The translations under genes and the position numbers were made by a program. From contig JAWOAU010000007.1 of NCBI GenBank assembly GCA_046498385.1, forward strand, positions 27,632-91,631: a stretch of 64,000 nucleotides of DNA, read 5' to 3'. Positions 29,711 through 38,877 of this stretch are shown here, piece by piece. The notes under the pieces were generated by a model. It searched no databases. It was not told where the DNA came from and saw nothing but the letters and a program-made list of their open reading frames with translations. Source of the DNA: Thermoplasmata archaeon. GTDB lineage: Archaea > Thermoplasmatota > Thermoplasmata > Halarchaeoplasmatales > Halarchaeoplasmataceae. Each line of letters begins with the position of its first letter. The first letter of the stretch is position 1.

Positions 29711-29852
29711 TGCGTGGGAAGGGAATTTAACGCCAATTTGCATACAGCCTTCCCACTTTTATTTCATTATAAATAAAATAATGCGTGGGAAGGGATATTA
29801 ACGCCAATTTGTATACAACTTTCCCACTTTTATTTCATTGCAAATAAAATAA
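29711..29852 (-). repeat. two 71-bp tandem repeats, each beginning with a copy of the tRNA-Leu 3' end
   Basis: TGCG(T/G)GGGAAGGGA recurs at 29711, 29782 and 29853 (period exactly 71). Confidence 0.85.
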
Positions 29853-29937
29853 TGCGGGGGAAGGGATTTGAACCCTCGGACACCTACGTGACAGGATCTT
29901 AAGTCCTGCGCCTTTGGCCATGCTTGGCTACCCCCGC
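29853..29937 (-). tRNA. tRNA-Leu(TAA)
   Basis: Minus strand GCGGGGG...CAGGA-CTTAAGA-TCCTG, long variable arm, then GAGGG-TTCAAAT-CCCTT-CCCCCGCA. Confidence 0.95.
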
Positions 29938-30218
29938 AAGAAGGGGTTTTACGATTTCTGAGGGCAAACCGGAACAGGTTCCGGTGATTGCCCGCTTAGG
30001 AGCGGAAAAAGGTAATTTTATTACCCTCGCTCGCTAGCATGTAAAAACGTACTGGTAGAGAAGTGTTGAACCATACTCTATTAGCACTCTTACATCTATA
30101 TAACGTGGCTAACAAACAAATGATATAAAAAGATAACCACAAAAAAAGGAATGTAGAAAAAAATCGGGGTTTCACAACCCTAACGGATTTCAGGAATGTA
30201 AAAGGGGCTACGTGCAGA

Positions 30219-30410
30219 TCAAATCGTCTTTACGTTAACGGCTCTTGGTCCTTTTTCACTTTCTTCGATTTCGAATTCTACCCTATCACCCTCGTTGAGC
30301 GTAGGTGAACTGATTTCACTACGATGAACGAATAAGTCCTCGCCGCCATCGTCAGGTTCGATGAATCCGTAGTTTTTCATGTTGCTGAAAAACTTTACTG
30401 TTCCTTCCAT
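30219..30410 (-). CDS. csp: cold-shock protein (CSD)
   Basis: MEGTVKFF...YGFI...DLFVHRS...KGPRAVNV (RNP1/RNP2 motifs). Confidence 0.95.
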   Translation of the reverse strand: MEGTVKFFSNMKNYGFIEPDDGGEDLFVHRSEISSPTLNEGDRVEFEIEESEKGPRAVNVKTI

Positions 30411-30562
30411 ACGAGTTTCACCTCCTTGTATTTTGTAAAAGCATCTAAACCTCATAGCATTTAAACTTTTTCGTGGGTTTATCTATTTTTTTAGTTTTTG
30501 ATGCGGCTCACAGCTAAAAATAGGACCATTGATGGATGCCAAAGGTCAAATAGCTAAAAAGA

Positions 30563-30997
30563 ATGACGAAAACTATCATGAGAACAAATGAGCAGATATC
30601 CCTAGCAACAGACGGCGCCAGTAAAGGAAACCCCGGATCGGCTGCCATGGGTTTTTCGATATATTCCGAGGATCTTGATGCCTTGCTTGAGGAAGATGCA
30701 AAATTCATAGGTCGGGCCACAAACAATGAGGCCGAGTATCGTGCACTTATATGGGCTTTGGAAAGGGGGAGCATGTACCGTGTTAAAAAAACGGTGCACT
30801 ATTCCGATAGTCAACTATTGGTCAGGCAGTTAAAGGGACAATACTCCGTAAGGGCCCCAAACCTAAATAGGTTAGTTAAAAAGATAAATCGCTTAAAGAA
30901 ACGTTACGACACGGTTTTACACGAACATGTTCCCAGGGAGAACAGGTATGTTTCAAGGGTTGACAGGAACATAAATAACGTGCTGGATGGGACATAG
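30563..30997 (+). CDS. rnhA: ribonuclease HI family protein
   Basis: TDGASKGNPG, ATNNEAEY, SDSQL and HVPRENRY..RVD. Confidence 0.9.
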   Translation: MTKTIMRTNEQISLATDGASKGNPGSAAMGFSIYSEDLDALLEEDAKFIGRATNNEAEYRALIWALERGSMYRVKKTVHYSDSQLLVRQLKGQYSVRAPNLNRLVKKINRLKKRYDTVLHEHVPRENRYVSRVDRNINNVLDGT

Positions 30998-31039
30998 TTT
31001 CCACCGAAACCGTTATATAGTTTTAGTTTCATTCGAAAC
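30997..31039 (+). promoter_or_regulatory. putative MarR operators flanking the TATA box of the marR-MATE operon
   Basis: GTTTC-N4-GAAAC at 30997-31010 and 31026-31039 on either side of TTATATA (31013-31019); a related site at 34475-34488. Confidence 0.5.
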
Positions 31040-31042
31040 CAT

Positions 31043-31480
31043 ATGTCCGAGAAAAATTCTGCACTTAAGTTGCACTCAATTATCCACCGAAGGCTTATAA
31101 TACATCTCAGAAAAAAAATTGAGCCCTACGGTTTCAGCAGGGGCGAATTCCCCTTCCTGATACGCCTTCTAAAAAAGGGTGACGGTGTTTCCCAGAAGGA
31201 GATATGCCAGGACATCTCCATCTCCAAATCCACCACATCCAAGATGGTAAACAAACTGGAACAGGAAGGATATCTAAGGATGGAAAGGGATCGGGAGGAT
31301 AGACGAGTTAAGAAAATATACCTTACCGAGAAAAAAAAGGAGATCGAAGATATCATAACTGAGATCGAAGAAGGATTGGATGAGATTTTATTCAAAGGTT
31401 TCGACCGGGAGGAAAAAGAAAGATATTTGGAGTATTTGGAGCGAATAATGAAAAATATAAAAAATACGGTGGACGAATAA
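31043..31480 (+). CDS. MarR family transcriptional regulator
   Basis: GVSQKEI...SKSTTSKMVNKLEQEGYL...DREDRRVKKIYLTEK. Confidence 0.93.
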   Translation: MSEKNSALKLHSIIHRRLIIHLRKKIEPYGFSRGEFPFLIRLLKKGDGVSQKEICQDISISKSTTSKMVNKLEQEGYLRMERDREDRRVKKIYLTEKKKEIEDIITEIEEGLDEILFKGFDREEKERYLEYLERIMKNIKNTVDE

Positions 31481-32935
31481 ATGGAACTGCAGGAGACGTA
31501 TTTATTTTTAAAGTCAAAGATGGGACGACCCGACAAAGAAGAGATAATCAGCGGAAATATAATCCCGGTCTTGTTCAAACTGGGTTGGCCAATGATGCTA
31601 TCTTCACTGCTCCAAACAACTTATAACCTGATAGATACGATGTGGTTGGGAAGACTACCGGCACCCCATAACGAACTGGCCGTAGGGGCATTGAGTTTAG
31701 CCTGGCCCTTTGTAATGTTGATGGTAGCCATCGAGATGGGCCTGGGAATCGCAGGTATAGCGTTGATATCACAAAATACGGGAGCTAAAAGATACGGGGA
31801 AGCCCGAAAAGATGCGGGACAGATGTATTTCATATTTATTCTCTTTTCCATATTACTGGGTGGCGTGGGCTTTTTAATAGCGGAACCGTTTCTCGCTTTA
31901 ATAACTGAGTCCGGAAGTCCTATGGTGGGACCCGCCGCTGCATACATTCGAATAATCTTCCTCGGATTCCCGGCTCTCATAACATTCGCCGCTTTTACCT
32001 TCAGTCTCCGGGCTTGGGGAGATACCATAACACCTACAGTGGTCATGGGGGTGGGCATTTTCGCCAATATAATCCTGGACCCCGTATTCATATTTGGTGC
32101 AGGACCTGTACCTGCTATGGGCATACGGGGCGCCGCCGTTGCCACCACGTTATCCCGGACAATGTGTCTGCTTATAGCTGTACATCTTCTCTATCACCGT
32201 AAGGTGGGCCTGTGGATCAATTTGAGTCATTTGAAACCAGATTGGTATCGAATAAAAAAGTTCTTCCAGATAGGGATTCCCGCCACCATCGCTCGGGCTA
32301 TGGATTCCAGTGAATTTCTGATATTCGCAGCGGCGTTGACTTATCTACCTATGCACACAACAGTTGTTGCCGCCTACGGCATAGGCGGGAGGATACTAGG
32401 CATAAGCTTTGTGGTCATGTGGGGTCTTGGGATGGCCCTGACCACCGTAGTAGGACAGTCCCTAGGAGCGGAAAAGACGGACCGGGCGGATGAGGCCGCT
32501 AAAAAAGGCATGCTGATCATGATGGTTTTGATGTCTGGGATAGCTTTGTTTCTTGTGGCTTTCAGATTTTCTTTATTCGGATTTTTCATCAAAGACCGTC
32601 CCGAAGTGGTCCAGATGGGCGGTGAATTCCTCTTGATATTGGCCATAGGAGCACCTTTTTTTGCCATATTTGAGGCGGTCTCTGCCACCCTGAATGGTTC
32701 GGGTCACACAAAACAGCAGTTAGGTATCAGCATAACACGTTTATGGGCCCTACGCATTCCGTTACTTATCATATTGGCATTTGTAATAGGATTAAATTCC
32801 ACTGGAGCCTGGTTAGCCATCGCCCTAAGCAATGTGATATCCGGTACTATAGCATATGTAGTTTACAGGTTGGGATGGTGGAAAAAGAAAATAATCGACA
32901 AAGACCCTTTTTCCAAAAATCAAATACCTAGATAA
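31481..32935 (+). CDS. MATE family efflux transporter (copy 1)
   Basis: LGWPMM..LLQTTYNLIDT, NIILDPVFIFG..P.MGIRGAAVAT; about 12 TM helices. Confidence 0.93.
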   Translation: MELQETYLFLKSKMGRPDKEEIISGNIIPVLFKLGWPMMLSSLLQTTYNLIDTMWLGRLPAPHNELAVGALSLAWPFVMLMVAIEMGLGIAGIALISQNTGAKRYGEARKDAGQMYFIFILFSILLGGVGFLIAEPFLALITESGSPMVGPAAAYIRIIFLGFPALITFAAFTFSLRAWGDTITPTVVMGVGIFANIILDPVFIFGAGPVPAMGIRGAAVATTLSRTMCLLIAVHLLYHRKVGLWINLSHLKPDWYRIKKFFQIGIPATIARAMDSSEFLIFAAALTYLPMHTTVVAAYGIGGRILGISFVVMWGLGMALTTVVGQSLGAEKTDRADEAAKKGMLIMMVLMSGIALFLVAFRFSLFGFFIKDRPEVVQMGGEFLLILAIGAPFFAIFEAVSATLNGSGHTKQQLGISITRLWALRIPLLIILAFVIGLNSTGAWLAIALSNVISGTIAYVVYRLGWWKKKIIDKDPFSKNQIPR

Positions 32936-32991
32936 ATATAATGAGATGCAAAAGTATAAATAACAAAAATTAAATCAAAGTGGTAGGCCAT

Positions 32992-34461
32992 ATGAAAGTT
33001 CAAAACACGTATCGGAAGCTAAAATCTCGTTTTAGCCAACCCACTAAGAAAGAAATAATTGAAGGTAACGTATATCCCGTTTTATTTAAACTTGCATGGC
33101 CAATGATGTTAACCACCTTACTCAACACTACTTACAACCTCGTGGATACCGTATGGTTAGGGAGGCTTTCTTCTCCTGAAAATACTCTCTCGGTAGGTGC
33201 GGTGAGCTTAGCATGGCCTTTCATATTCCTCCTGCTTTCCATCGAGATCGGACTCGGACTTGCCGCCATAGCATTGATATCCCAGCATACCGGTGCAAAG
33301 GATTACGACGAAGCCAGGAAATACACGGGTCAGCTTTTTTTTCTGTTCATGGTCCTTTCGGTGGTCATAGCCGCCGTTGCATACTTTGTAACCGAAGATT
33401 TCCTCAACCTTTTGACTGGCGATGGTGAAATGGTACCCTATGCCGCGGCATACCTTAAAATTCTATACCTTGGTTTCCCGGGTCTTTTGATCTTTACCGC
33501 CTTCTCGTTCTCTCTAAGAGCATGGGGTGATACATTGACTCCCACCAAGGTTATGGCCGTATCCGTCCTGCTCAATATACTCTTGGATCCCCTATTGATA
33601 TTCGGGCTAGGTCCCTTTCCTCAAATGGGCATAAGAGGTGCAGCTTTGGGGACCATAATCGGTAGGTACGTCGGCATGTTTATAGCGGTGTACCTTATGT
33701 TCGGTGGTCGAGTGGGTATCAAATTAAACCTGGCACAACTGAAGCCGGATTTTTCAAGGATAAAAAAGATCCTTAAAATCGGCATCCCGGCAGCCATCGC
33801 ACGTACGGAGGAGGCCTTCGGGTTCGTAATTATCACCGGATTACTCGCCATGATGCCTTATCAGGAAGAGGTGTTGGCGGCCTACGGCATCGGCAGTCGT
33901 GTGATCAATATCACCTTTATCGTACTCATGGGTTCCATGTTAGCCACGGGTACCATGATAGGTCAGGCCCTCGGAGCGAACAAAAGGGCCCGTGCGGAGG
34001 AGGTAGTCAAAAAGACCATGGTATTTATGCTGTTTTTCTTACTGACAACCTCTGTAGTATTTATAGTATTTAGGCAGCAAATCATGACATTTTTTATCCC
34101 AGGTGAACCTAAGGTCATAAAAATAGGCGCTATGTATCTAGCCATACTTGCCATCGGAGCTCCCTTTTCGGCCTTCTATGAATCCGTATCCGGCGCACTG
34201 TTCGGTTCGGGTCATACCGTTCAGCAGTTCAGCCTTAGCGTAACCCGCCTCTGGTGCCTGAGGATCCCTATGATCCTTTCATTTTCCTTCGGACTTATGC
34301 TAAATTCCACAGGCGCGTGGATCGCTATCACGTTCAGCAACATAGGCGCAGGATTATTGGCACTTTGGATCTATAGGATGGGTTGGTGGAGAGAAAAGAT
34401 TATAGAGAAGGAACCGGGGGCTAGGGTAGAGAAATTGTTAAAGCGTTTTAAGAAGAAATGA
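32992..34461 (+). CDS. MATE family efflux transporter (copy 2)
   Basis: Same MATE motifs; close paralog of both neighbours. Confidence 0.93.
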   Translation: MKVQNTYRKLKSRFSQPTKKEIIEGNVYPVLFKLAWPMMLTTLLNTTYNLVDTVWLGRLSSPENTLSVGAVSLAWPFIFLLLSIEIGLGLAAIALISQHTGAKDYDEARKYTGQLFFLFMVLSVVIAAVAYFVTEDFLNLLTGDGEMVPYAAAYLKILYLGFPGLLIFTAFSFSLRAWGDTLTPTKVMAVSVLLNILLDPLLIFGLGPFPQMGIRGAALGTIIGRYVGMFIAVYLMFGGRVGIKLNLAQLKPDFSRIKKILKIGIPAAIARTEEAFGFVIITGLLAMMPYQEEVLAAYGIGSRVINITFIVLMGSMLATGTMIGQALGANKRARAEEVVKKTMVFMLFFLLTTSVVFIVFRQQIMTFFIPGEPKVIKIGAMYLAILAIGAPFSAFYESVSGALFGSGHTVQQFSLSVTRLWCLRIPMILSFSFGLMLNSTGAWIAITFSNIGAGLLALWIYRMGWWREKIIEKEPGARVEKLLKRFKKK

Positions 34462-34563
34462 TGCTAGATTTTTAGTTCACTCCGAAACTATTATATCTCA
34501 TAACCTTCGTCGGGAATCCATACCAGGTAAGATCTTGAAACAAAAGCGACGGTGGATCCATAG

Positions 34564-35985
34564 ATGAAAGTGCATGACCTATACCAGTATCTAAAATCAC
34601 GCATGGGAAGACCCGGTAAAAACGAGATAATCCAGGGCGGCATCTATCCCGTACTATTCAAACTTGCATGGCCCATGATAGTGGCATCTCTGCTCCAGAC
34701 CGCATATAACCTTGTAGATACCCTATGGTTGGGCCGTCTCCCATCTCCTGAGAATACTCTTTCAGTAGGTGCCGTTAGTATATCCTGGCCCTTCATATTC
34801 CTCCTGCTTTCCATCGAGATCGGCCTCGGCATATCCGCCCTTGCAATGATATCTCAGCATACAGGGGCAAAACAGTATGAAGAAGCCTATCATGATACCG
34901 GCCAGATTTTTTTCCTGTTCATCGTTCTTTCCATCGTACTAGGTGTGGTGGGATATTTTGTAGCAGAGGATTTTTTGAATTTCCTTACCAACGATGGGGC
35001 CATGGTGCCCTACGCAAAGGAATACCTTCAGATCATATTCCTGGGTTTCCCGGTACTTCTAACCTTTGCCGCCTTTTCTTTTTCACTGAGGGCCTGGGGA
35101 GATACCATCACACCAACGTTGGTGATGGCGGTTTCCGTACTTATCAACATCCTTTTGGACCCCATACTGATATTTGGATTAGGACCATTTCCCCACATGG
35201 GTATACGTGGTGCGGCCGTCGCGTCGGTCACCTCTAGATCCGTAGGGATGTGTATTGCCGTGTACTTGCTTTATACCGGGAAAGTAGGTATCAAGCTAAG
35301 ACTATCCCACCTCAAGCCGGATTTTACGAAGATAAAAAAATTCATTGTCATAGGTACCCCTGCAACACTAGCACGTATGGAAGAGGCGGTGGGATTCGTT
35401 GTGCTGACCGGACTCCTGGCTATGCTACCCCATCAAGAAGAGGTACTTGCGGCCTACGGTATAGGCGGTAGGATAACCAACATCACCTTCGTGGTGCTCT
35501 CGGGTATGATGATGGCCATAAGTACAATGGTCGGTCAATCCCTAGGTGCCGATAAAGAAGGGAGGGCGGAAAAGATCGGGGGCAAGGCCATGATTTTGAT
35601 GATAACCTTGATGAGTATAATCTCTTTAGTTCTGGTAGTATTCAGATACCAGATAGTGGCATTTTTCATACCCAGTGAGCCCATGGTGATAGAGATAGGA
35701 GCAATGTACCTTGCCATACTGGCCATAGGGGCACCCTTTTTTGCAATCTACGAGGCGGTTTCCGGAGCATTGAACGGTTCGGGGCACACCAGCCAGCAGT
35801 TCGTCCTCAGTGCTACACGGCTTTGGGGGCTGAGAATACCCATGATCCTGCTCTTCGCTTTTGTGATATCCTTGAATTCCACCGGTGCATGGATGGCGAT
35901 AGCTTTCAGCAACGTGGGAGCGGGAATAATAGCCTATTTTCTTTACAAAAAAGGATGGTGGAAAGAGAAAGTCATCGATAAATGA
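34564..35985 (+). CDS. MATE family efflux transporter (copy 3)
   Basis: Same MATE motifs; long identical stretches with copy 2 (for example PENTLSVGAVS.WPFIFLLLSIEIGLG). Confidence 0.93.
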   Translation: MKVHDLYQYLKSRMGRPGKNEIIQGGIYPVLFKLAWPMIVASLLQTAYNLVDTLWLGRLPSPENTLSVGAVSISWPFIFLLLSIEIGLGISALAMISQHTGAKQYEEAYHDTGQIFFLFIVLSIVLGVVGYFVAEDFLNFLTNDGAMVPYAKEYLQIIFLGFPVLLTFAAFSFSLRAWGDTITPTLVMAVSVLINILLDPILIFGLGPFPHMGIRGAAVASVTSRSVGMCIAVYLLYTGKVGIKLRLSHLKPDFTKIKKFIVIGTPATLARMEEAVGFVVLTGLLAMLPHQEEVLAAYGIGGRITNITFVVLSGMMMAISTMVGQSLGADKEGRAEKIGGKAMILMITLMSIISLVLVVFRYQIVAFFIPSEPMVIEIGAMYLAILAIGAPFFAIYEAVSGALNGSGHTSQQFVLSATRLWGLRIPMILLFAFVISLNSTGAWMAIAFSNVGAGIIAYFLYKKGWWKEKVIDK

Positions 35986-36038
35986 TGTCATCCGAAAAGG
36001 AATAAACTAAAATACAACCGACGCCCAAAGAAGAACAA

Positions 36039-37235
36039 ATGAAGTACTACGTAGAGGCCTATGGATGCACCATGAATCAAGGTGAAACCACCATGCTAGC
36101 GGAGAAAATGGCTGGTGAAGGGCATATTGAAGTAAGTGATCCCGCCCATGCGGACACGGCGGTCATAGGGACCTGCGTGGTGATAAAAAAAACTGAAGAG
36201 AGGATGAAAAGACGTATCGCAGAGCTGAAAAAGTACTGCGACGTGGTATTGGTCACCGGGTGCCTGGCGAGCACGGGTAAGAGCAAACTTGAACGGTGCT
36301 CGGATTTAAAATTAGTTGAACCGGGGGAAATTGATATGTCCTTCACCCCCAAACCCTCCCTTGTGGGAATCGTGCCCATCTCCACCGGTTGTACGGGTAG
36401 CTGTACATACTGTATAACCAAACTGGCAAGGGGGGCACTAAAAAGCCGCAGCGTATCATCCATCGAACAAAGGTTCGAGAACCTGTTGAAAACCGGGGTC
36501 AAAGAGGTGCGGGTCACGTCCCAGGATAACGCCTCATATGGCCTTGATATAGGTACGGACCTGATAAAGTTGATGAAGAAACTGGAGATGCACGGAGGAG
36601 AACATCGGATCCGGTTGGGGATGATGAATCCCAATACCGCACTGTCCATCGAAGATGAACTACTAGAGGTTATGAGCGATTCACACTACTATCGCTTTTT
36701 TCATCTGCCGCTACAGTCCGGATCAAACAGGATATTAAGATCGATGAACAGAGGTTACACGGTCCAGGATTGGGAGGACCTGATAATCAATATTCGAAAG
36801 CGTCTGCCGGACGTTACCATCTCAACCGATGTGATCGTGGGATTTCCCGGAGAGAGTGAGGAGGATTTTAAGAGGACCGCTTCGGTTCTGAAAAAGATAA
36901 AACCGGACATAACCAATATCACTCGATTCAGTTCCAGACCGGGTACCGCCGCTGACAGCATGGATAAAAGAATCCACTCTAGGGATAAGAAAAAACGCTC
37001 CAAGACGCTCACCGGGATCCATGAGAGAAACAATAAAGATAATAACCGTAAATTCGTGGGTACAAAAACCCGGATGCTGGTTTTAAAAGAGGGGAAGAAC
37101 GATACACTTACAGGCCGCATGGATAACTACAAAGTGGTGGTCATCGACAAGATCAGGGATGACTTACTGGGAAAGTGGGTAGAGGTAGAGATCGTGGACG
37201 AAAGAAGTGTTTACCTCAAGGGCGAACCGATCTAA
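36039..37235 (+). CDS. tRNA methylthiotransferase, MiaB-like (archaeal MtaB/CDKAL1 type)
   Basis: N-terminal YGCTMN...TC...GC, radical SAM CTGSCTYC, HLPLQSGS, VIVGFPGE and a C-terminal TRAM-like region. Confidence 0.9.
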   Translation: MKYYVEAYGCTMNQGETTMLAEKMAGEGHIEVSDPAHADTAVIGTCVVIKKTEERMKRRIAELKKYCDVVLVTGCLASTGKSKLERCSDLKLVEPGEIDMSFTPKPSLVGIVPISTGCTGSCTYCITKLARGALKSRSVSSIEQRFENLLKTGVKEVRVTSQDNASYGLDIGTDLIKLMKKLEMHGGEHRIRLGMMNPNTALSIEDELLEVMSDSHYYRFFHLPLQSGSNRILRSMNRGYTVQDWEDLIINIRKRLPDVTISTDVIVGFPGESEEDFKRTASVLKKIKPDITNITRFSSRPGTAADSMDKRIHSRDKKKRSKTLTGIHERNNKDNNRKFVGTKTRMLVLKEGKNDTLTGRMDNYKVVVIDKIRDDLLGKWVEVEIVDERSVYLKGEPI

Positions 37236-37854
37236 ACACCTCTTTTTCACCCCATATGAGCTTGTGAAGCTGAGGGAGTACCCCTACATCGACTCCGTCC
37301 TTGATTACCCGGTCCGCTAGCATCTTTAACTGTGTACCTCCCTCAGGTTGAAACACTATCTCTGCATGGATTTCTTTTTCTTCAATCACATTAAGCGCAA
37401 AATCGTAATCGTCGAAATTGGCTATGACGAACTTTAATTGGTCTTTTCTCCCAAGCAAATCTAAATTTTTCCTCCGTACCTTTGAGCTCATTCCGGAAGA
37501 GGGTGTTTTATAATCCATGGATATCATGACACCCTCGGAAATAAAAGGGGTGATATCTAAAGACCCGTTGGTCTCCAAGGATACTTCTCCCTCGGTTTTC
37601 AATCTTTCAACCAGACCTATTGTATCCTTTTGAAGCAGGGGTTCGCCTCCGGTGATGCAGAACCGTTTTACGGGATATTCGTCTACCTTTTTCATTATCT
37701 CATTTACCCCCATGGCATCCCCCCTGGTCCATGCGTAAGAAGTGTCGCACCATTCGCACCGCATGTTACAGCCGGCGGTCCTTATAAAGACAGTTGGACG
37801 ACCTATCTCCCGACCCTCACCCTGGATTGAATAGAATATCTCGCTTATTTCCAT
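37216..37854 (-). CDS. queE: 7-carboxy-7-deazaguanine synthase
   Basis: EIFYSIQGEG, FIRTAGCNMRCEWCDT, TGGEPL, ETNG and PQLHK. Confidence 0.92.
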   Translation of the reverse strand: MEISEIFYSIQGEGREIGRPTVFIRTAGCNMRCEWCDTSYAWTRGDAMGVNEIMKKVDEYPVKRFCITGGEPLLQKDTIGLVERLKTEGEVSLETNGSLDITPFISEGVMISMDYKTPSSGMSSKVRRKNLDLLGRKDQLKFVIANFDDYDFALNVIEEKEIHAEIVFQPEGGTQLKMLADRVIKDGVDVGVLPQLHKLIWGEKEVFRSVRP

Positions 37855-37961
37855 GTTCAAGGATAACACCTAGTGGGTAATATAACTAACGTTTCCAACG
37901 AACATTTGTATCGGGATTTTAGATTTACTGTACAATACGTAATGAAACCTCACTTTTTTGT

Positions 37962-38876
37962 TCACTTCACACCAAAATCATCTTTTAGTGTAGTTTGGCT
38001 TAAATATTCCTTGATCCTTTCTTCTGCAATTTCAACATATTCTTCTTTAATGTCGTATCCAACGAACTTCCTGTGGGTTTTAAGAGCGGACAAAGCGGTT
38101 GTTCCAGCACCGATGAATGGATCTAGCACTACCTCGTTCTTGTATGTAAATAACTGTATAAACCTGTAAGGCAGCTCTTCCGGGAAGGGTGCGGGGTGAC
38201 CTATCTTTTTGGCTGATTCCGGTGAAAAGTGCCAGATGCTTTTTGTGTAATCTAAGAATTCTTTTTTTGAGATTGTGTTTTCTCTGTTTATGGGTTTTTT
38301 TCGTGTAAATGTTTGTTTACAAAACACCAGTATATACTCGTGCTGATCACGTAAAACTGGGTTAGCGGCAGACTTCCAGCTACCCCATGCAGTACCACCA
38401 CCAACGCCTTTATCCCAGATTATTTCTCCTCTCATCAAAAAACCGATGTCATCCATTATCCTTATGATATGTGAGTGTAAAGGGATATACGGTTTTCTGC
38501 CCAAGTTTGCTATGTTAATACACACTCTTCCTCCCGGGACCAAAACCCTGAAAGTTTCAGAAAGAATAGTCTTCAGAAGATAAAGATATTCATCCAGTGT
38601 CAGGTCTTCGTCGTATTCCTTGCACGCATTGTACGGTGGGGATGTTACCATGAGATGAACAGAGTTATCCGGTAGCTCGCTCATGTCCTCGCTGCTCTTA
38701 CAAAATAGTTTATTCAAGTTTTTTTCAGGTATCTCATTCTCTACATATTTTACTTTATCGTTTATCCTCTTCCCATTATAAAGATTACTATCGTAGAATT
38801 TACTAGAATCGTGATTTCTTCTGCTTGTAACACCAAAAGAACTGGTCGATGTTCCTGCATGATTATTTTTTGACAT
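37962..38876 (-). CDS. site-specific DNA amino-methyltransferase, beta class (N4-C/N6-A)
   Basis: Motif IV (TSPPY) precedes motif I (DPFIGAGTT); HPAPFP present. Confidence 0.92.
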   Translation of the reverse strand: MSKNNHAGTSTSSFGVTSRRNHDSSKFYDSNLYNGKRINDKVKYVENEIPEKNLNKLFCKSSEDMSELPDNSVHLMVTSPPYNACKEYDEDLTLDEYLYLLKTILSETFRVLVPGGRVCINIANLGRKPYIPLHSHIIRIMDDIGFLMRGEIIWDKGVGGGTAWGSWKSAANPVLRDQHEYILVFCKQTFTRKKPINRENTISKKEFLDYTKSIWHFSPESAKKIGHPAPFPEELPYRFIQLFTYKNEVVLDPFIGAGTTALSALKTHRKFVGYDIKEEYVEIAEERIKEYLSQTTLKDDFGVK

Positions 38877-38877
38877 T

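Noticed and set aside
29432-29776. 114-aa and 61-aa ORFs between the zinc-ribbon gene and tRNA-Leu
   Set aside because: Their composition is atypical and they overlap hairpins and tRNA-derived repeats; the tract is more likely non-coding.
29711-29870. CRISPR array
   Set aside because: The units are near-identical along their whole 71 bp with no unique spacers, derive from the tRNA 3' end, and no cas genes are present.
29960-29995. c-di-GMP-I (GEMM) riboswitch, suggested by GGGCAAACC
   Set aside because: There is no GNRA tetraloop, second stem or receptor, and no downstream gene on that strand.
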